A stretch of 64,000 bases of DNA. It comes from Priapulus caudatus. Lineage: Eukaryota. The stretch spans positions 1,011,479-1,075,478 of the forward strand of contig NW_014577074.1 in assembly GCF_000485595.1 (NCBI RefSeq). Reading direction: 5' to 3'. The position numbers and the translations under genes were made by a program. Below are positions 1 to 23,973 of this stretch, piece after piece. Below the pieces are notes generated by a model. The model had not been told where the DNA came from, did not search any database, and saw nothing but the letters and a program-made list of their open reading frames with translations. Position 1 is the first letter of the stretch; every line of letters starts with the position of its first letter.

Positions 1-734
1 AGGGACACAATGAGCTGAAGGTGTTCTCCCACTGTGGAAGTTCAACTCCCACTGCCCGAGTGCACTGCTCCTCAACAGCCTTTTAGTTGCGCTGGGACGC
101 TCAGACTTTACAAATAGAATCTACTTTACAAATAGTTGACCGATTAACCAGATTTAGCCATGATAAGCTTGTTAACCCTGCCCGATCCCGTTCCACCTGA
201 ACAACCTACGCATACGCGATATCCGGCTCTACGTAAAATCGCAATCGCACGTACACACACTAAGAGCAGACGTGCAAGCAGACAGAAAACTGCTTTATTT
301 CATTGCGTGCTATTCGGTCACGTTACGCCGTCGATCGTCGCTGAACTAGCACGGCTGTACCGAGAGAACGCTGCCAGCGTGAAAAGCTCTTCCTGCAGCC
401 GCTACACGCACATGGGGGGCCGCGATACAATTAATGGTCGGAAGAAAGGACAGTGATGGGGAAGCAAAAGCGCAGATGCTTCTCAGTCTTTTCATTACAA
501 AATCGGTTGTCAGGTGCCAAAGTCGGTGTACCCAATCCCATCTAATGACTGGGTACAGCCACCCGGCTCATGCACGTATATAACTTACATTATACGCGAT
601 GATAGAAAGCCGCCGCTTTCCATGTATCATTCCCACCGCATTAATGATAGTCCTATCATGATTCATCAAATCTAAATATGTGAGCAGTCACAAACGCCAA
701 CTTCAAATCCTGTTAGAGATTGCAGGGATAATAA

Positions 735-1026
735 AGGGCCGGGACACACTAGGCAATTTTATCGGGTGACTCAGTCGAGCGACTCAATCGCCGGTGAAAA
801 TCGCCTGATGTATCCAGTCAGTCGCCGCCGATTTAGTCGCACGATTTAGTCGCCCGATTCAATCGCATCGATCAAAACGTTTTGATATTATCGGGCGATT
901 ATTTCAGTCGCGCGACTAAATCGTGTGATGTGTCCTCTCGACTCGCGCGATAGAATCGGGCGATATTATCGGGCGATAAAGTCACCCGATTAGATCGCAT
1001 TAAAATCGCCTAGTGTGTCCGGCCCT
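735..1026. mobile_element. PIF/Harbinger-type (Tourist-like) MITE
   Basis: TIRs AGGGCCGGGACACACTAGGCAATTTTA / TAAAATCGCCTAGTGTGTCCGGCCCT; TAA on both sides (732-734, 1027-1029); internal ATCGGGCGA/AGTCGC motifs. Confidence 0.8.
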
Positions 1027-1432
1027 TAACGTGCAAGCGCACGAATAACTAGAATGTCGTGAAGTCTTGACACAATTAAAATCCGCTAATATTCTAGTTT
1101 AGCTCGTTAGAGGCATGTTTATTCTTAAAAGCAATATTTTTCAAAATACCCCTTAAATACTATTATTTGATACTAAACACGGATGTTACTTTGCAATAAA
1201 ATGAACATTTCTCTGGATTGGTAAAACTATTTAAAATAATTTTTACAAAGCACAAATGCTTTCAATACAAACATATGCAACAACAGAGAGGCTGCCATCT
1301 TCACAGCTGCAGCTAAGATACACTTCTCCTCCCACCTCAGACAAAAAAAGAAATCAACAAAAAACATACTAATACACTATTTTACTGCTGCAATATCATG
1401 TCGTATTCACCATACCTGATTCACTATGTACT

Positions 1433-1678
1433 ACACTGACTTACATCTCCTGTCTCACAATATATCACACGGCCTTGTCTACTGCTTCACAATGTATCAC
1501 ACTGACTTACGTCTACTGCTTCACAATGTATCACACTGACTTACGTCTACTGCTTCACAATGTATCACACTGACTTACGTCTACTGCTTCACAATGTATC
1601 ACACTGACTTACGTCTACTGCTTCACAATGTATCACACGGACTTGTCTACTGCTTCACAATGTATCACACTGACTTTG
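1433..1678. repeat. 34-bp minisatellite in a striatin intron
   Basis: ACTGACTTACGTCTACTGCTTCACAATGTATCAC starts at 1501, 1535, 1569 and 1603, with degenerate flanking units. Confidence 0.9.
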
Positions 1679-1749
1679 CCCCAATAGTCACCCCATGTAT
1701 TATATGGACCAACCCCTTTTGCTTTTTTATATATACTACACGGACTCAC

Positions 1750-1853
1750 CTCTCCTGCTTCAAGGCATACTCAAGCATCTTGATGCGGCGCACAAGATCC
1801 CTCTTCAGGTTCTCCTGGCCCTGTCGCTCTCCCTGCAGGAATGCGATCCTCGC
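1750..1853 (-). CDS. STRN: Striatin coding exon 2 (coiled-coil region)
   Basis: Minus-strand translation ARIAFLQGERQGQENLKRDLVRRIKMLEYALKQER, the conserved striatin coiled coil. Acceptor TTGCAG, donor GTGAGT, phase-compatible with exon 1. The gene continues left of the window. Confidence 0.93.
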
Positions 1854-1964
1854 CTGCAAGAGCAAACAAGACCAATAAGTACGGTAGCCCTTTCCCATCA
1901 CTGACCACGTCCCTTAGTTGCAACATCATCATCAGTATCCGCATCAGATTCACTTAGTGTATGT

Positions 1965-2260
1965 TTGTTCTCTTCCAAGAACCCTCACCTCCCTTCGTGC
2001 ATAGATTGATCATTATATCTTTTAAAGCATCACCTCCTCACCCTGGTATAATGACCATGGTCTCCTTTAAACCACAAACTCCTTCCAGGGATATACTAGT
2101 CATGGTCTCCCTTAAATCATCACCTTCTCCCCCCAGTATACTAATCGCTGTCTCTCTTTAACCCTCACCTCCTCCAATGGATATACTGTCCACTGTCTCC
2201 TTAAACCATCACCTCTTCCCCAAGGATAGAACTGATAATTATCTTCATTAAACTGTCACC
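1965..2260. repeat. Degenerate ~60-bp tandem repeat (related fragments at ~2920-3050)
   Basis: Recurrent GTCTCCTTAAACCATCACCTCCT...GGATATACT-like units. Confidence 0.6.
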
Positions 2261-4039
2261 AGCTGCTCAGGAGTATGTGTATGCATCAGTCTACCAGGAC
2301 TGGTAGACCGATGCATATATATATCTCAAATACATCCACAAATAAAAATAGGAAGTAAAATTTATTTTCAATTACTAGAAGTTATGCTAGTTATTCAAAA
2401 TCGCCAATGATTCGTGGTTTTATAATATATGAAGTAGCATAATAATAACACATGTACATGCGCAGTCTTAAATATTGCAAGAATTACTTTTCAAATGATG
2501 CCACATGCACAAGTGCATTTAATTCTGACAGAATTGCATCCGATTCTGTAACGTAAGTGGTTTCAGACCTGTACCGCATTACTTTCTGCAAATGCCCATT
2601 AATAACGAAATATAGAGACAGGGCCTCATGGGAAACAAGTTACATCAGCAAGCTGTAACCTACAACAAGAAATCAACAAAGAAATTGCAATCGCTGCATA
2701 TTTCGGTCAAAGTAACGATCGATATACGAGAGGTCTAAGGTGTGTTATCCCCTACTGTAGACACGTGTGCTCTTGTGCAAGCAATACCAAGTATCACAGT
2801 GGTATGGAAAATATGAGAAGCATCGTGAAAATTGTTGGTAATCCTTAATTTGAACTAGCACCTTCTCCCGAGGGATACACTGATCAATAATTATGTATCC
2901 TAGACTGCCAACCTCCCCCCTCCCGGTAGGATTACTTTCTACCATAGAACATCACCTCTCTAAAGATGAACTGCTCATTATCTCCCCTAAACTGTCACCT
3001 CCGCCCCCAAGGAGAGAATGATCAAATCATATCAAGAATACCTCTCCCATGAATTTAAGCATCTCCACCACTGCCAATCACTCTAAAGTGAGACTGATTA
3101 TCCTCTACTCATAGACCAGTTTCGCAGAATCGACTGAATCATACTATTAAGGAGTGATTACTGCTATTAGGGATTACTTTGAGTGAATGAATGTATCTAT
3201 CCATATCCATTTTACTTAGATATGGGTATGAGTTCTTGCAGATTTGGAGGGAGGGGGGTAAAGGAGAGTTAGGGTTACGTGGTCAAGGCAGTATTTACAG
3301 ACAGGAAAACGCTAGGTCACCAATTAATTAGACAATGCACGGCCTCGGACCACGTTTCTCGGCACCTCGCCATATGTTGCGGTTTAGAAGCAGCTGGTGA
3401 GCCGGAGACAGCTTATTGATTCATACATCCATCATGGGCATGTATTTATGATGTGCCAGCTAGACCATTTGCTAGGATGTACATGCTGGATCTACAACAC
3501 CCTCTACATCCAGCTAAGCACCATTCACAGCTTAGGATTTACTAGCAGCAATCGAGTTTGCTCAGTTGCCACAGCAACTGACATGGGTTCTTACAAAACC
3601 TTAGCTCTTATTGGATTTTTACTGCCTCTGATTAAAAATCGGCCACAGGATACTAAATTTCCCGTTCTTGTGTATGAATACAAATCAACACTAGATTCAG
3701 CCAAGGACATTCTCCTCTAAGGACAGTGGACCACTTTGCAGTAGAATTAGATGACTTATACTGGCTGAACCAAAGTGACTGACTTCATTTTTGAGAAGAG
3801 TCTGCACTGTGCAGCACATGTATGTATAATGTCGAGAGGCAACTTTGGACTGTATAAACATGGATATTTACTGAATCATAGACACGTAAATAACAAAGTT
3901 GCTATATTATTAATTATTTTACCATGGAAGGGCATCATTAACACCTGGTTGGCATCTTACTCGTAACTCTCAGATTAAATACAGTATCGTATTCACAGAA
4001 CCGCTCTATGGTTTATTCACAAACTTATCTGATGACATA

Positions 4040-5048
4040 CAGTAACAACCTGCGTATAAGACCCTGCATTTTTCTAAGTTAGCCTAAAAAGGTTCTTATA
4101 TAAATTATAATTGGTGTTTACTGAGAAATTAGGCTATTTAGGTTTTTAAATAGGTCCTTATTTTCTTAAGAAAAAAAAGTGCTTGTTGCTGGTAGAATAT
4201 TGGTGCTGTCCATTGCTTATATAAAATATGCATATTATAGATTATTAATCTATTATTATTCACTCCTGATTATATCATGCAGCACAGTAATTATACTGAT
4301 ATTTCCCTGAAGAGTATATATATATACATGTGTAAAATACTACACGTTATCATTCATACCTATGACGAACAAACTGTAACGTTACTAACCATAACGGTAC
4401 TAACTATGTTTTTGTTGTGTTGCTTAAAAATATATAGACTACTCATTAAATGTTCTATGCTAAAACACAAGTCAGCAAGCAAGAAATGACAGGAGAAATA
4501 CTGCTCAATCAAAGGTGAGCCATTTTTTTCCATGTCCATTTTCTGTAACGTTACTAACCGGAATTAAAGTTCCCATCACAACTCAAAGGAAAGCCTAAAT
4601 GTTTTTTATTTCACATATATGTAGAAGGTCTAGACTAGAAGTATTGTTGGTATTATTACTGAGATTGAACACAGTTCAACACACATACATTTTCATTTTA
4701 CAGGCCAGAAATATCTATAATAACCTTTAAAGTGTAACGTTACTAACCGTGGAATTGCCCATATAATTATGTCTAAATGACTGCAGTCTAGACAAATACA
4801 AACCCTATTCTAGGTTATGTTATTTCTTTTTATGCCCAATAAACATCAACAAAATAAAACTAGATTGTTTTTAGCTTGTATTAGTTGATTTATGAATTTT
4901 TACGTGTTAACTGTAAAATTTTATCAAATAAGAACCTGTTTCAAATTTTAGGCTAAAACGAGTTGTTGTGTCAAGGGGGTTCAAATGGAAAATCTTAGCC
5001 TAACAGGTTCTTTAAAATCACTAGGTTCTTATACGCGTGTTTTTACTG
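4040..5048. mobile_element. Tc1/mariner-pogo-type non-autonomous element
   Basis: TA-flanked termini CAGTAACAACCTGCGTATAAGA and TCTTATACGCGTGTTTTTACTG. The interior has three TGTAACGTTACTAACC motifs, probably from another nested fragment. Confidence 0.65.
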
Positions 5049-7003
5049 TATTCACGATTCATCTTTACAAATTTCATTTCATTCATTAAAAAATGTAAAT
5101 TTCAGCATTAGTGATTAGTTAATGTGATGACCGGTATGTGAAGACCAGGCTGCGCACAGCCCCTGAGAATTACGCATGCTAATTCAACAGTGCCCATTGA
5201 AGCTTGCTGTGGGAAATTTACTCTAGGTTAAAAACATATTGACTTTCAATTAGTAAAAACCACAATCACACGCACGTTTTATTCCATGAATCTAAACCCA
5301 GAACCAAAGTCTGGATGCCAAAAAATAGGTAGGGAATTCAATGAGTGGTGTAAAATAAACATGAGCATAAATTAAGAGTAAGCTATATCAGCAAATGTAT
5401 GAAAACGAAGTCCCATCAAACAATAAATGCTGTAACGAAAAAGGTAACATCACTCAGCTGTTTACGACGCTGTAGGAATTAAACCCTAAATTGTAGAAAA
5501 ATTGTCCTGGTCATGAATTCGTTAAGTTAAATTTATAGAAACCTGTACTGAGTTCACGAGTGGTTATAACAGAACGTCAACATTCGCAACTATCTACATA
5601 CATATGCCCTCGTGTGTTTGACTGCTCTACCTGTATTAACCACATTGATGCGCACTGTACGCCCGTGAGTGCAGGAGTATCTATTAAGTATTATACACAT
5701 GCACGCACGCACACATTCACTGCACTCCGTAGCTAACCTGTCAGAGAATGTCAATGCGCTTAAAAGCTTACGATTTTGATAACTGTGCGAATCTGAAGTG
5801 CCATTTTATTGAACATGTTGATGTCTGGAGGGAGAGAGAGAAAATTAACTCAAACAATTTATTGCCTGAATAAAAATCCGGATACCAGAGAGATGATATT
5901 TCTTGCTTTTAAATTATATGACTCTAGCACTTATCATAAATTTAATAATTGAATTGGGGTTTAGTAATGAAATGCACACAGGTTTACTGTTCGATATCTG
6001 CGAGACAGCAGTTCACCAAGCTGATTTTAAAATTCACTAGCTCATGTCATGGATGAAGGTTACTGCTAATGGAAGGGTAAAATATAAAGCTAATGAGGTT
6101 AGAAAATCAGGTGAAAAATTCGAAAAACAAGGTAATAAAGGGGTAAATATAATAAAAAACCTCTCATTGAAATTATTTACCCTTGTTATGGATGACAACT
6201 ACTGCTACAGCAGACCTGTATATAGTATATTATAGATAATGAATAATTTAACTGCAACTAATAATGAATGCTGAAATATTGTCACCTAAAGTTACTCATT
6301 CAAAAGATTGAAAATTATTAATGCCCCATGTGTATTATACTAAAATAAACATCAATAATGCAACAAATGTAATCACTGTAGGAGACATCTAGTACACAAC
6401 CAATTTGGGCAATGTCGAGATTAGAACAACCAAACTTTTATGTTTTCAGACAGAAATCTGTATATATGCCTGATCACAGTCATCCCCCATTGATAAAACT
6501 ATACTGTCTATTCCTTTAAAAGTCTTGTACCAATGCAAACTATAACTTTAAAACAATCAGTTCCATGTGCTAGTTTAAGCTCAAGGTGTCAACATTAACA
6601 AATCAGCCAATCAAACACTCAACTGGCAGCATGAGTCCCACGCCTGTGCACCGTGTTGTGACGTGAGACCTACAGAGGCACCAACTGTAGCACGCAATTA
6701 ATTAGTATTTAACATAAATTTAAAAAATGGGATGTGAAAAAAATATTCTACCACTATTCTGAGATCACTGTATATCACATCTGTACTATAAATTACATCA
6801 TACACTTCCTCAAAATCTATGTGTCAGACTGTTTTTAATTAAATAGCATTTCCATAACTAATAATAAAGGTGAAGTGTTTTGCAATATATGTGTTCCATA
6901 TTAACCATGAATAATATATTGCTTTTGTTAAGTTCAATGTTAGTTCTGCCAGTATAATCTGACCAAGCAATTTAGTCAATCAATTGTTGTTAAGTGTTAT
7001 TAA

Positions 7004-7791
7004 CACGTTCAACGCTGCCGGTGTTAAAGAGAAAGTAGCCTCTAGGATTTTACTGCATACAACTGTACTTAGTATAAACACAGACAGTCACTAGTCGCTA
7101 GTACTAACCTAAGACACCGTCTTCAATGCATTTTCGAATATGACATAAAACCGGAAAGGAAAGTTATCCATCAAGCGCGAACCAACGAACGAGCACCCAC
7201 TACCCCAACATACAAGCATCGGAACTCCGGCGAACCGAACAAGAAATACAAATAGGAGCGTCTCCATAGCACACACCTCGTACCACACACGTTCCCTGGT
7301 AAATCGCTATTGTCAAACACATCTTTCTAGGCCAAAACAAAATATAGGTGTGGTTACCGTTTTCCGACCGACCCCTATTTTTCCCAGCGACCCTAAACAT
7401 TTTATTGTCAATTTGCTTTAAAGTGAAAAAAAAAAGATAAAAAAAATATTAAAAAAAAATGAATTGGACAGTTCCTGCCTTCAAAAGGCCCACAACGCAC
7501 ATCCTTCGGACATGGTTCGTCAAAGAACGATGTTCAATCTAAAATAACAATGTTTTCGCTACCTACTACCTATTTTTATTCGGCATGAAGGGTAACCACA
7601 CCTATATTTTTGTTTTGGCCTTACCGGAAAAAATAAGTATACGTTGAATGATATCATAAAACAAACTTTCGAAAATGCAACGGTGTCGTGGCATTTGAGA
7701 CGAAAATGCCACGAAAATGTCAGTTTTTTCGCGTGTTTTCATATCAATATATTATTATGACGGGGTAACGATTTCCTTACTATTGAACGTG
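7004..7791. mobile_element. piggyBac-like non-autonomous element with a nested MITE
   Basis: TTAA|CACGTTCAA ... TTGAACGTG. The right end reads TTGAACGTG|TTAA in the duplicate copy at ~9000-9012. Confidence 0.5.
7330..7620. mobile_element. MITE (probably Harbinger-type); second copy at ~8558-8840
   Basis: ~29-bp TIRs GGCCAAAACAAAATATAGGTGTGGTTACC / GGTAACCACACCTATATTTTTGTTTTGGCC, flanked by CTA and TTA. Confidence 0.75.
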
Positions 7792-10376
7792 TAAGGGTGA
7801 GATAACACTATGCAGAGTAAATGTGTCAGTTTGGTTAGCTTTCCTGCAAAGGAAATGTGGTAAATCAAAAAGTGAATACGTTGTAAAAACCCGAAAATCC
7901 CCCGCTAAATCCGAAAAACCTGTAAAAACCCCGAAAATCCCGAAAATTCCGCAGGGCGAAGGTGCTTTGTTGAAGGATTGTTTACTCTAGGTTCTAGGGT
8001 TATTTTCAGTAAATTTATGTTAAAATACGCTACATAAAAAGTTTCACATGGTTACAATTACCATTGAAAATATTATTAAAAAATGTTTTAAAACGAACGA
8101 CTACAGTTGATTACAACGACGGTTCGGCCACTCAAAGCGCACGATCTGATAAGTTGCGCAAAACCACTTTTCAGCCAAGGGCTACAGACAAGGGGTGTTT
8201 CGTTATTTTATTTTCATTTAAAAGCAAAAGGATTGTAATTTATCTTATAAACGACATATAGTTTCAGTTATAATATGGATAAATTTGCCTAAAATGAATA
8301 TTGTTCGGTTAAATAGCATTTAGGTATAAATATAATTGCACCTTTGTGATTTAGCCCTCGGTCTGTAACGTGCAAATAAATTCAAATGCGCCACTTTTTC
8401 GGGTGGCAGCACGGTCGCGGTATCATGGCGCCGTTCAAATTTTGTAGCGTTGATGTGTAATTAATTATAAACAATTAACATTAGGTATATCTGGTAACAA
8501 ATACGTGGGGTATAGACGATTTGTTATACGAGNNNNNNNNNNNNNNNNNNNNNNNNNGGCAAAACAAAATATAGGTGTGGTTACCGTTTTCCGACCGACC
8601 CATATTTTCCCAGCGACCCTAAACATTTTATTGTCAATTTTCGTTTAAAGTGAAAAAAAAAAGATAAAAAAAATATATAAAAAATGAATTGGACAGTTCC
8701 TGCCTTCAAAAGGCCACAACGCACATCCTTCGGGCATGGTTCGTCAAAAACATGTTCAATAAAATAAAATGTTTTCGCTACCTACTACCTATTTTTATTC
8801 GGCATGAAAGGGTAACACACACCTATATTTTGTTTTGGCCTTACCGGAAAAAATAAGTATACGTTGAATGATATCATAACAAAAACTTTCGAAAAGCAAC
8901 GGTGGCGGTTGGCATTTGAGACGAAAATGCCACGAAATGTCAGTTTTTTCGTGTTTTCATATCAATATATTATTATGACGGGGAACGATTTCCTTACTTT
9001 TGAACGTGTTAAGGGGTGAGATAACACTCACTGCCGAGTAATGTGTCAGTTTGGTTAGCTTTCCTGCAAAGGAAATGTGGTAAATCAAAAAGTGAATAAG
9101 TTGTAAAAACCCGAAAATCCCCCGCTAAATCCGAAAAACCTGTAAAAACCCGAAAATCCCGAAAATTCCGCAGGGCGGAAGGTGCGTTGTGAAGGATTGT
9201 TTACTCTAGGTTCTAGGGTTATTTTCAGTAAATTTATGTTAAATATCGCTACATAAAAAGTTTCCATGGTTCAATTAAATTAGAATATTTTAAAAAATGT
9301 TTTAAAACGAACGACTACAGTTGATTACACGACGGTTCGGCCACTCAAAGCGCACGCATCTGGTAAGTTGCGCAAAACCACGTTTTCAGCCAAGGGCTAC
9401 AGACAAGGGGTGTTTCTTATTATCATTTCTTAAAGCAAAAGGATTGTAATTTATCTTATAAACGACATATAGTTTCAGTTATAATATGGATAAATTTGCC
9501 TAAAAGATATTGTTCGGTTAAATAGCATTTAGGTATAAATATAATTGCACCTTTGTGATTTAGCCCTTCGGTCTGTGACGTGCAAATAAATTCGAAATGC
9601 CCAACTTTTTCGGGGTGGAGCACGGTCGCGGTATCATGGCGCCCGTTCAAATTTCTGTACGTTGATGGTGTCAATAAGAAATGTGACAACGCTTACACAT
9701 GTGTGGGGTATGAACCTTGTTTTGTCTTTCTACATGCAAAAATGCATTGAAATTTTATATACTACACAGTTACTATATTATATACCGTTAGGAAAAACAA
9801 ACCTTGTTTCAATCTACGCCTTCTAGTTTACCTTCTAGTTTTACAAATTTACCTTGAGTCTCAAAACTCATAATTTCACGTTCGAATCAACGGTAGAGCA
9901 TTGTATTCATTAGTTCATGTAAGACTGGGGTAATATAGACTGTCCCTATTTAATTTATAGGTAGGTAGTGCCTGCCAGCTGTTGGAAATCAAGGTAACAA
10001 AAACCAATAATCTATCCACGAGCTGATTTGTGGATCCGCGGAGATGCGTTTTGATTGTTCCCACGAACTGACTCGTGGATCCGCGGGGCACGTGCTAAAA
10101 TAGTCTTTATAGAAATGTATTGAGCCCTAAGTTTAAATAAGAGTTATATTGTAACTTGTAACAAACATATTGAAAACACTGTTTACCTGAATTTAATTCC
10201 ATTTGAGGCTTGGCTAAGGCTACATAACAAATGTAATTGAACAGCATGTAATTGGCAGAACCGCGACACTTATATGTAAGCAATAATGATAACAAATTAT
10301 CATGATGCTTGTGCATATATATAAGTTTTAAGCAATTTGACAAATGTCCACAAATGGTAGCACAGACCTTATTGAT

Positions 10377-10605
10377 GCTCAGAGGGTCTATGTACCACAG
10401 GGTACTGCCAGAACGTACCATGGGTACGGTCCGGTATACCGGAACGTACCCTGGTAGTGGTACTATCTAATATGCCGGACCGTACCTCGCCTACTCCACT
10501 AACAAGTCTAGGGAGTCGCCTACACCTACTCCCTAACCCTAACCCTATCAGATAGTTACCAGGGTACGTTCCGGCAGTACCCTGGGGGACATAGACCCTA
10601 TGAGC
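10377..10605. mobile_element. MITE with 9-bp TSD (Mutator-like), copy 1, internal (CCCTAA)n
   Basis: TIRs GCTCAGAGGGTCTATGT... / ...GGGGACATAGACCCTATGAGC; perfect TSD CTTATTGAT at 10368-10376 and 10606-10614. Confidence 0.88.
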
Positions 10606-11289
10606 CTTATTGATTGGAAAGCAAAAAATTCAAAATGCAAAAAACTTGCTGGAAAATGAAAAGGCTTGAATGTGCAATGGCCCTCTCAGTCGAGATGATT
10701 GCAGATTTTACCCACATTTGCGGCGAAATGCAATCACTAATGCAATGTAAGCATACAGCTTATCACTATCAATCGATTCTTTAAACTCAGCTCAGAAGAT
10801 TTAACGTAAATCCAATAGTAGCCACCACTTTTTGGTTCTTAGTTAGCTATGACTAAGAGATTTATTATATTTAGACTGAAGCTCGATTTATTTGTGGTAT
10901 TATTTAAGCGATGCCATCGCTACATCGTACAACTTTTTCAGAGTTTTCCAAGAAGTATCATGTGAGGCCCTGTGTTTAAGACTGCCATACAACGCTTAAG
11001 ACCGCTTTTCTAGGTTGATTTAGGGAACCCTTAAATATGGGTTTAATATTGTTTTTTATTATTCATAATTTTACTCACTACAGTACAGTAGGCCTATAAA
11101 TATGATTAAATAATATTATTAATATTTATTATACACTCAGTGTATGACCTGCCATGTGTATTACTATCATTGACGTCGTTTACACCATAAAATTTCTTAA
11201 CTGATAACTAGATATATGCCAACTGGTTACAACGTAAAGCTATTCCCTGTAACTAATACAAACAATTAACTGGTGTTCTAGAAGTTCAC

Positions 11290-11508
11290 CTGAAGTTCGG
11301 CCTTTTCCACTTCCCACTGTGACCTTTCCATCTCGAACCGTGCCCATTCATGTTGGATGAAGTGCAAGATTCCCGGAATAGAATACGGCAGAGTTCGAGG
11401 CACTTGATCGTCTACACCCTTGACACCAAACCCAGTAATGGACGGACCGGCCTGGGAGTTAGGACCGTTCGAAATTTGCGTGTTTCCGGCTGGACCTTCT
11501 TCCACCAT
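11290..11508 (-). CDS. STRN: Striatin coding exon 1 (caveolin-binding region, start of the coiled coil)
   Basis: MVEEG...[32 protein letters not shown] is the striatin N-terminal signature. ATG at 11508; donor CAG|GTGAAC at 11290/11289. Confidence 0.93.
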
Positions 11509-12030
11509 TTCTTCATTGGCCGTCAGCCATTTATACCAGATGTTTACAGCAGATTGCAATGCACGATGGGAATGTACGCACCACTATCGTCGTTCATAAA
11601 ATCATTGTTTCTCTCTTCATGATAAGGTTTACACGCAAAACCTCACTCAAAATTGCATATAACTTGACAGATTATAATAACCCCCCATTTCCAGCAGTCA
11701 AAACGCGTTTAGAGTCTTCGAAGAGAAACAAATGACGACTTGCAAACACCAACACATTATGAAACTAAGTTTTTGTGCCTTCATTTCTCGAAAGGTGTCG
11801 CAACGACCGTGTCACGGTTCAATGTTCACTTGTTACCGGTTAAGCCTACGTGGAGCTAAGTCATTTAGGTATAATATTCCATCTATTAAATTGAACATAA
11901 TTGTGGATTTGAACGCGCGTCACAATCAATAACATAGTAGGTTGTAAGTATACGTTTTTTACTGAACGAATAAAAGTCTACAAACAAGTAATCGGTAATC
12001 TAATTGATCAGGAACTTAATGACCGAGTCT

Positions 12031-12996
12031 NNNNNNNNNNNNNNNNNNNNNNNNNNNNNNNNNNNNNNNNNNNNNNNNNNNNNNNNNNNNNNNNNNNNNN
12101 NNNNNNNNNNNNNNNNNNNNNNNNNNNNNNNNNNNNNNNNNNNNNNNNNNNNNNNNNNNNNNNNNNNNNNNNNNNNNNNNNNNNNNNNNNNNNNNNNNNN
12201 NNNNNNNNNNNNNNNNNNNNNNNNNNNNNNNNNNNNNNNNNNNNNNNNNNNNNNNNNNNNNNNNNNNNNNNNNNNNNNNNNNNNNNNNNNNNNNNNNNNN
12301 NNNNNNNNNNNNNNNNNNNNNNNNNNNNNNNNNNNNNNNNNNNNNNNNNNNNNNNNNNNNNNNNNNNNNNNNNNNNNNNNNNNNNNNNNNNNNNNNNNNN
12401 NNNNNNNNNNNNNNNNNNNNNNNNNNNNNNNNNNNNNNNNNNNNNNNNNNNNNNNNNNNNNNNNNNNNNNNNNNNNNNNNNNNNNNNNNNNNNNNNNNNN
12501 NNNNNNNNNNNNNNNNNNNNNNNNNNNNNNNNNNNNNNNNNNNNNNNNNNNNNNNNNNNNNNNNNNNNNNNNNNNNNNNNNNNNNNNNNNNNNNNNNNNN
12601 NNNNNNNNNNNNNNNNNNNNNNNNNNNNNNNNNNNNNNNNNNNNNNNNNNNNNNNNNNNNNNNNNNNNNNNNNNNNNNNNNNNNNNNNNNNNNNNNNNNN
12701 NNNNNNNNNNNNNNNNNNNNNNNNNNNNNNNNNNNNNNNNNNNNNNNNNNNNNNNNNNNNNNNNNNNNNNNNNNNNNNNNNNNNNNNNNNNNNNNNNNNN
12801 NNNNNNNNNNNNNNNNNNNNNNNNNNNNNNNNNNNNNNNNNNNNNNNNNNNNNNNNNNNNNNNNNNNNNNNNNNNNNNNNNNNNNNNNNNNNNNNNNNNN
12901 NNNNNNNNNNNNNNNNNNNNNNNNNNNNNNNNNNNNNNNNNNNNNNNNNNNNNNNNNNNNNNNNNNNNNNNNNNNNNNNNNNNNNNNNNNNNNNNN
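12031..12996. other. Assembly gap between the divergent STRN and SEC23 starts
   Basis: Run of N. Confidence 0.99.
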
Positions 12997-13157
12997 AGCT
13001 GCTATGGGAATCTACTAGTCCTTCTGATTTTTTACTAGTCTCGGACTAACGGACTAGCGTTAGTGTCGAACCCTGGTCTAGGTGTTCTATTTTGTTAACT
13101 TAATCATGTTATTGTCTGTACTGTAGAAATGTTTTTGTTCTTCTTTGGCTTATCTAG

Positions 13158-23349
<10,192 letters not shown>

Positions 23350-23434
23350 CCAATGCACCAATTAGGAGCTCCACATTTTTATGAAGTATATTGAGTGGCT
23401 GGGCAAAGCCATTTGTCTCCCAGACTCCATAGAG

Positions 23435-23973
23435 TAGTGGTTTCCTATTTTTTTTGGGTTACCGCCCCCTTAGCTCCATAAACTCATCCCCAATGCATCC
23501 TACCCTATGCTGTAGAAAGCAATCAAATAGCAGTTTGCGTGACACTTGAAGGTAACAATAAGATACCATAAAATCCAAACCAGTAACAATTAATTACTCA
23601 ATTTATTCAAAATCTATTTACAACTTATTTGAATTAATTAAAGAAAATTGATAAACCTGGTAGAATTATTTCCAAAGTCGATTAGTTCTTTAGCAACACA
23701 CTAAGATACCATATTAAGTAACTGCTTCATTTTTCACTAATTTGCAACGTGATGGATGGGCTTGTGGAAGTGATACCAACTTTCCAATGTCAGGTTAAAA
23801 GTTATTTGGACACATGGAAGATGGTCGTCTGTGATTGCTTAACATCATTAGCAACATTAGCTGCGCGGTGTCAGTGCAATATAGTGTCATCTGCCCAACC
23901 CCTTGCTTCTTAGCAGTCCCTAGGTAATCCCAAGGCCCTATGGGGGTGGTATCACCCACATTTGGAGCCACTG
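23435..23973. mobile_element. Old hAT/Charlie-like MITE just after the SEC23 stop codon
   Basis: Termini TAGTGGTTTCC ... TTGGAGCCACTG; degenerate 8-bp flanks CCATAGAG / CGATAGGG. Confidence 0.45.

Noticed and set aside
7330..9690. ~1.15-kb direct duplication either side of a short N gap
   Set aside because: The copies differ mainly by scattered single-base indels and abut the gap; most likely unmerged overlapping contig ends or haplotypes.
11509..11559. N-terminal extension of striatin in the ORF track
   Set aside because: It starts at TTG; the first in-frame ATG is at 11508.
12004..13038. 344-aa ORF in the ORF track
   Set aside because: It consists almost entirely of N gap.
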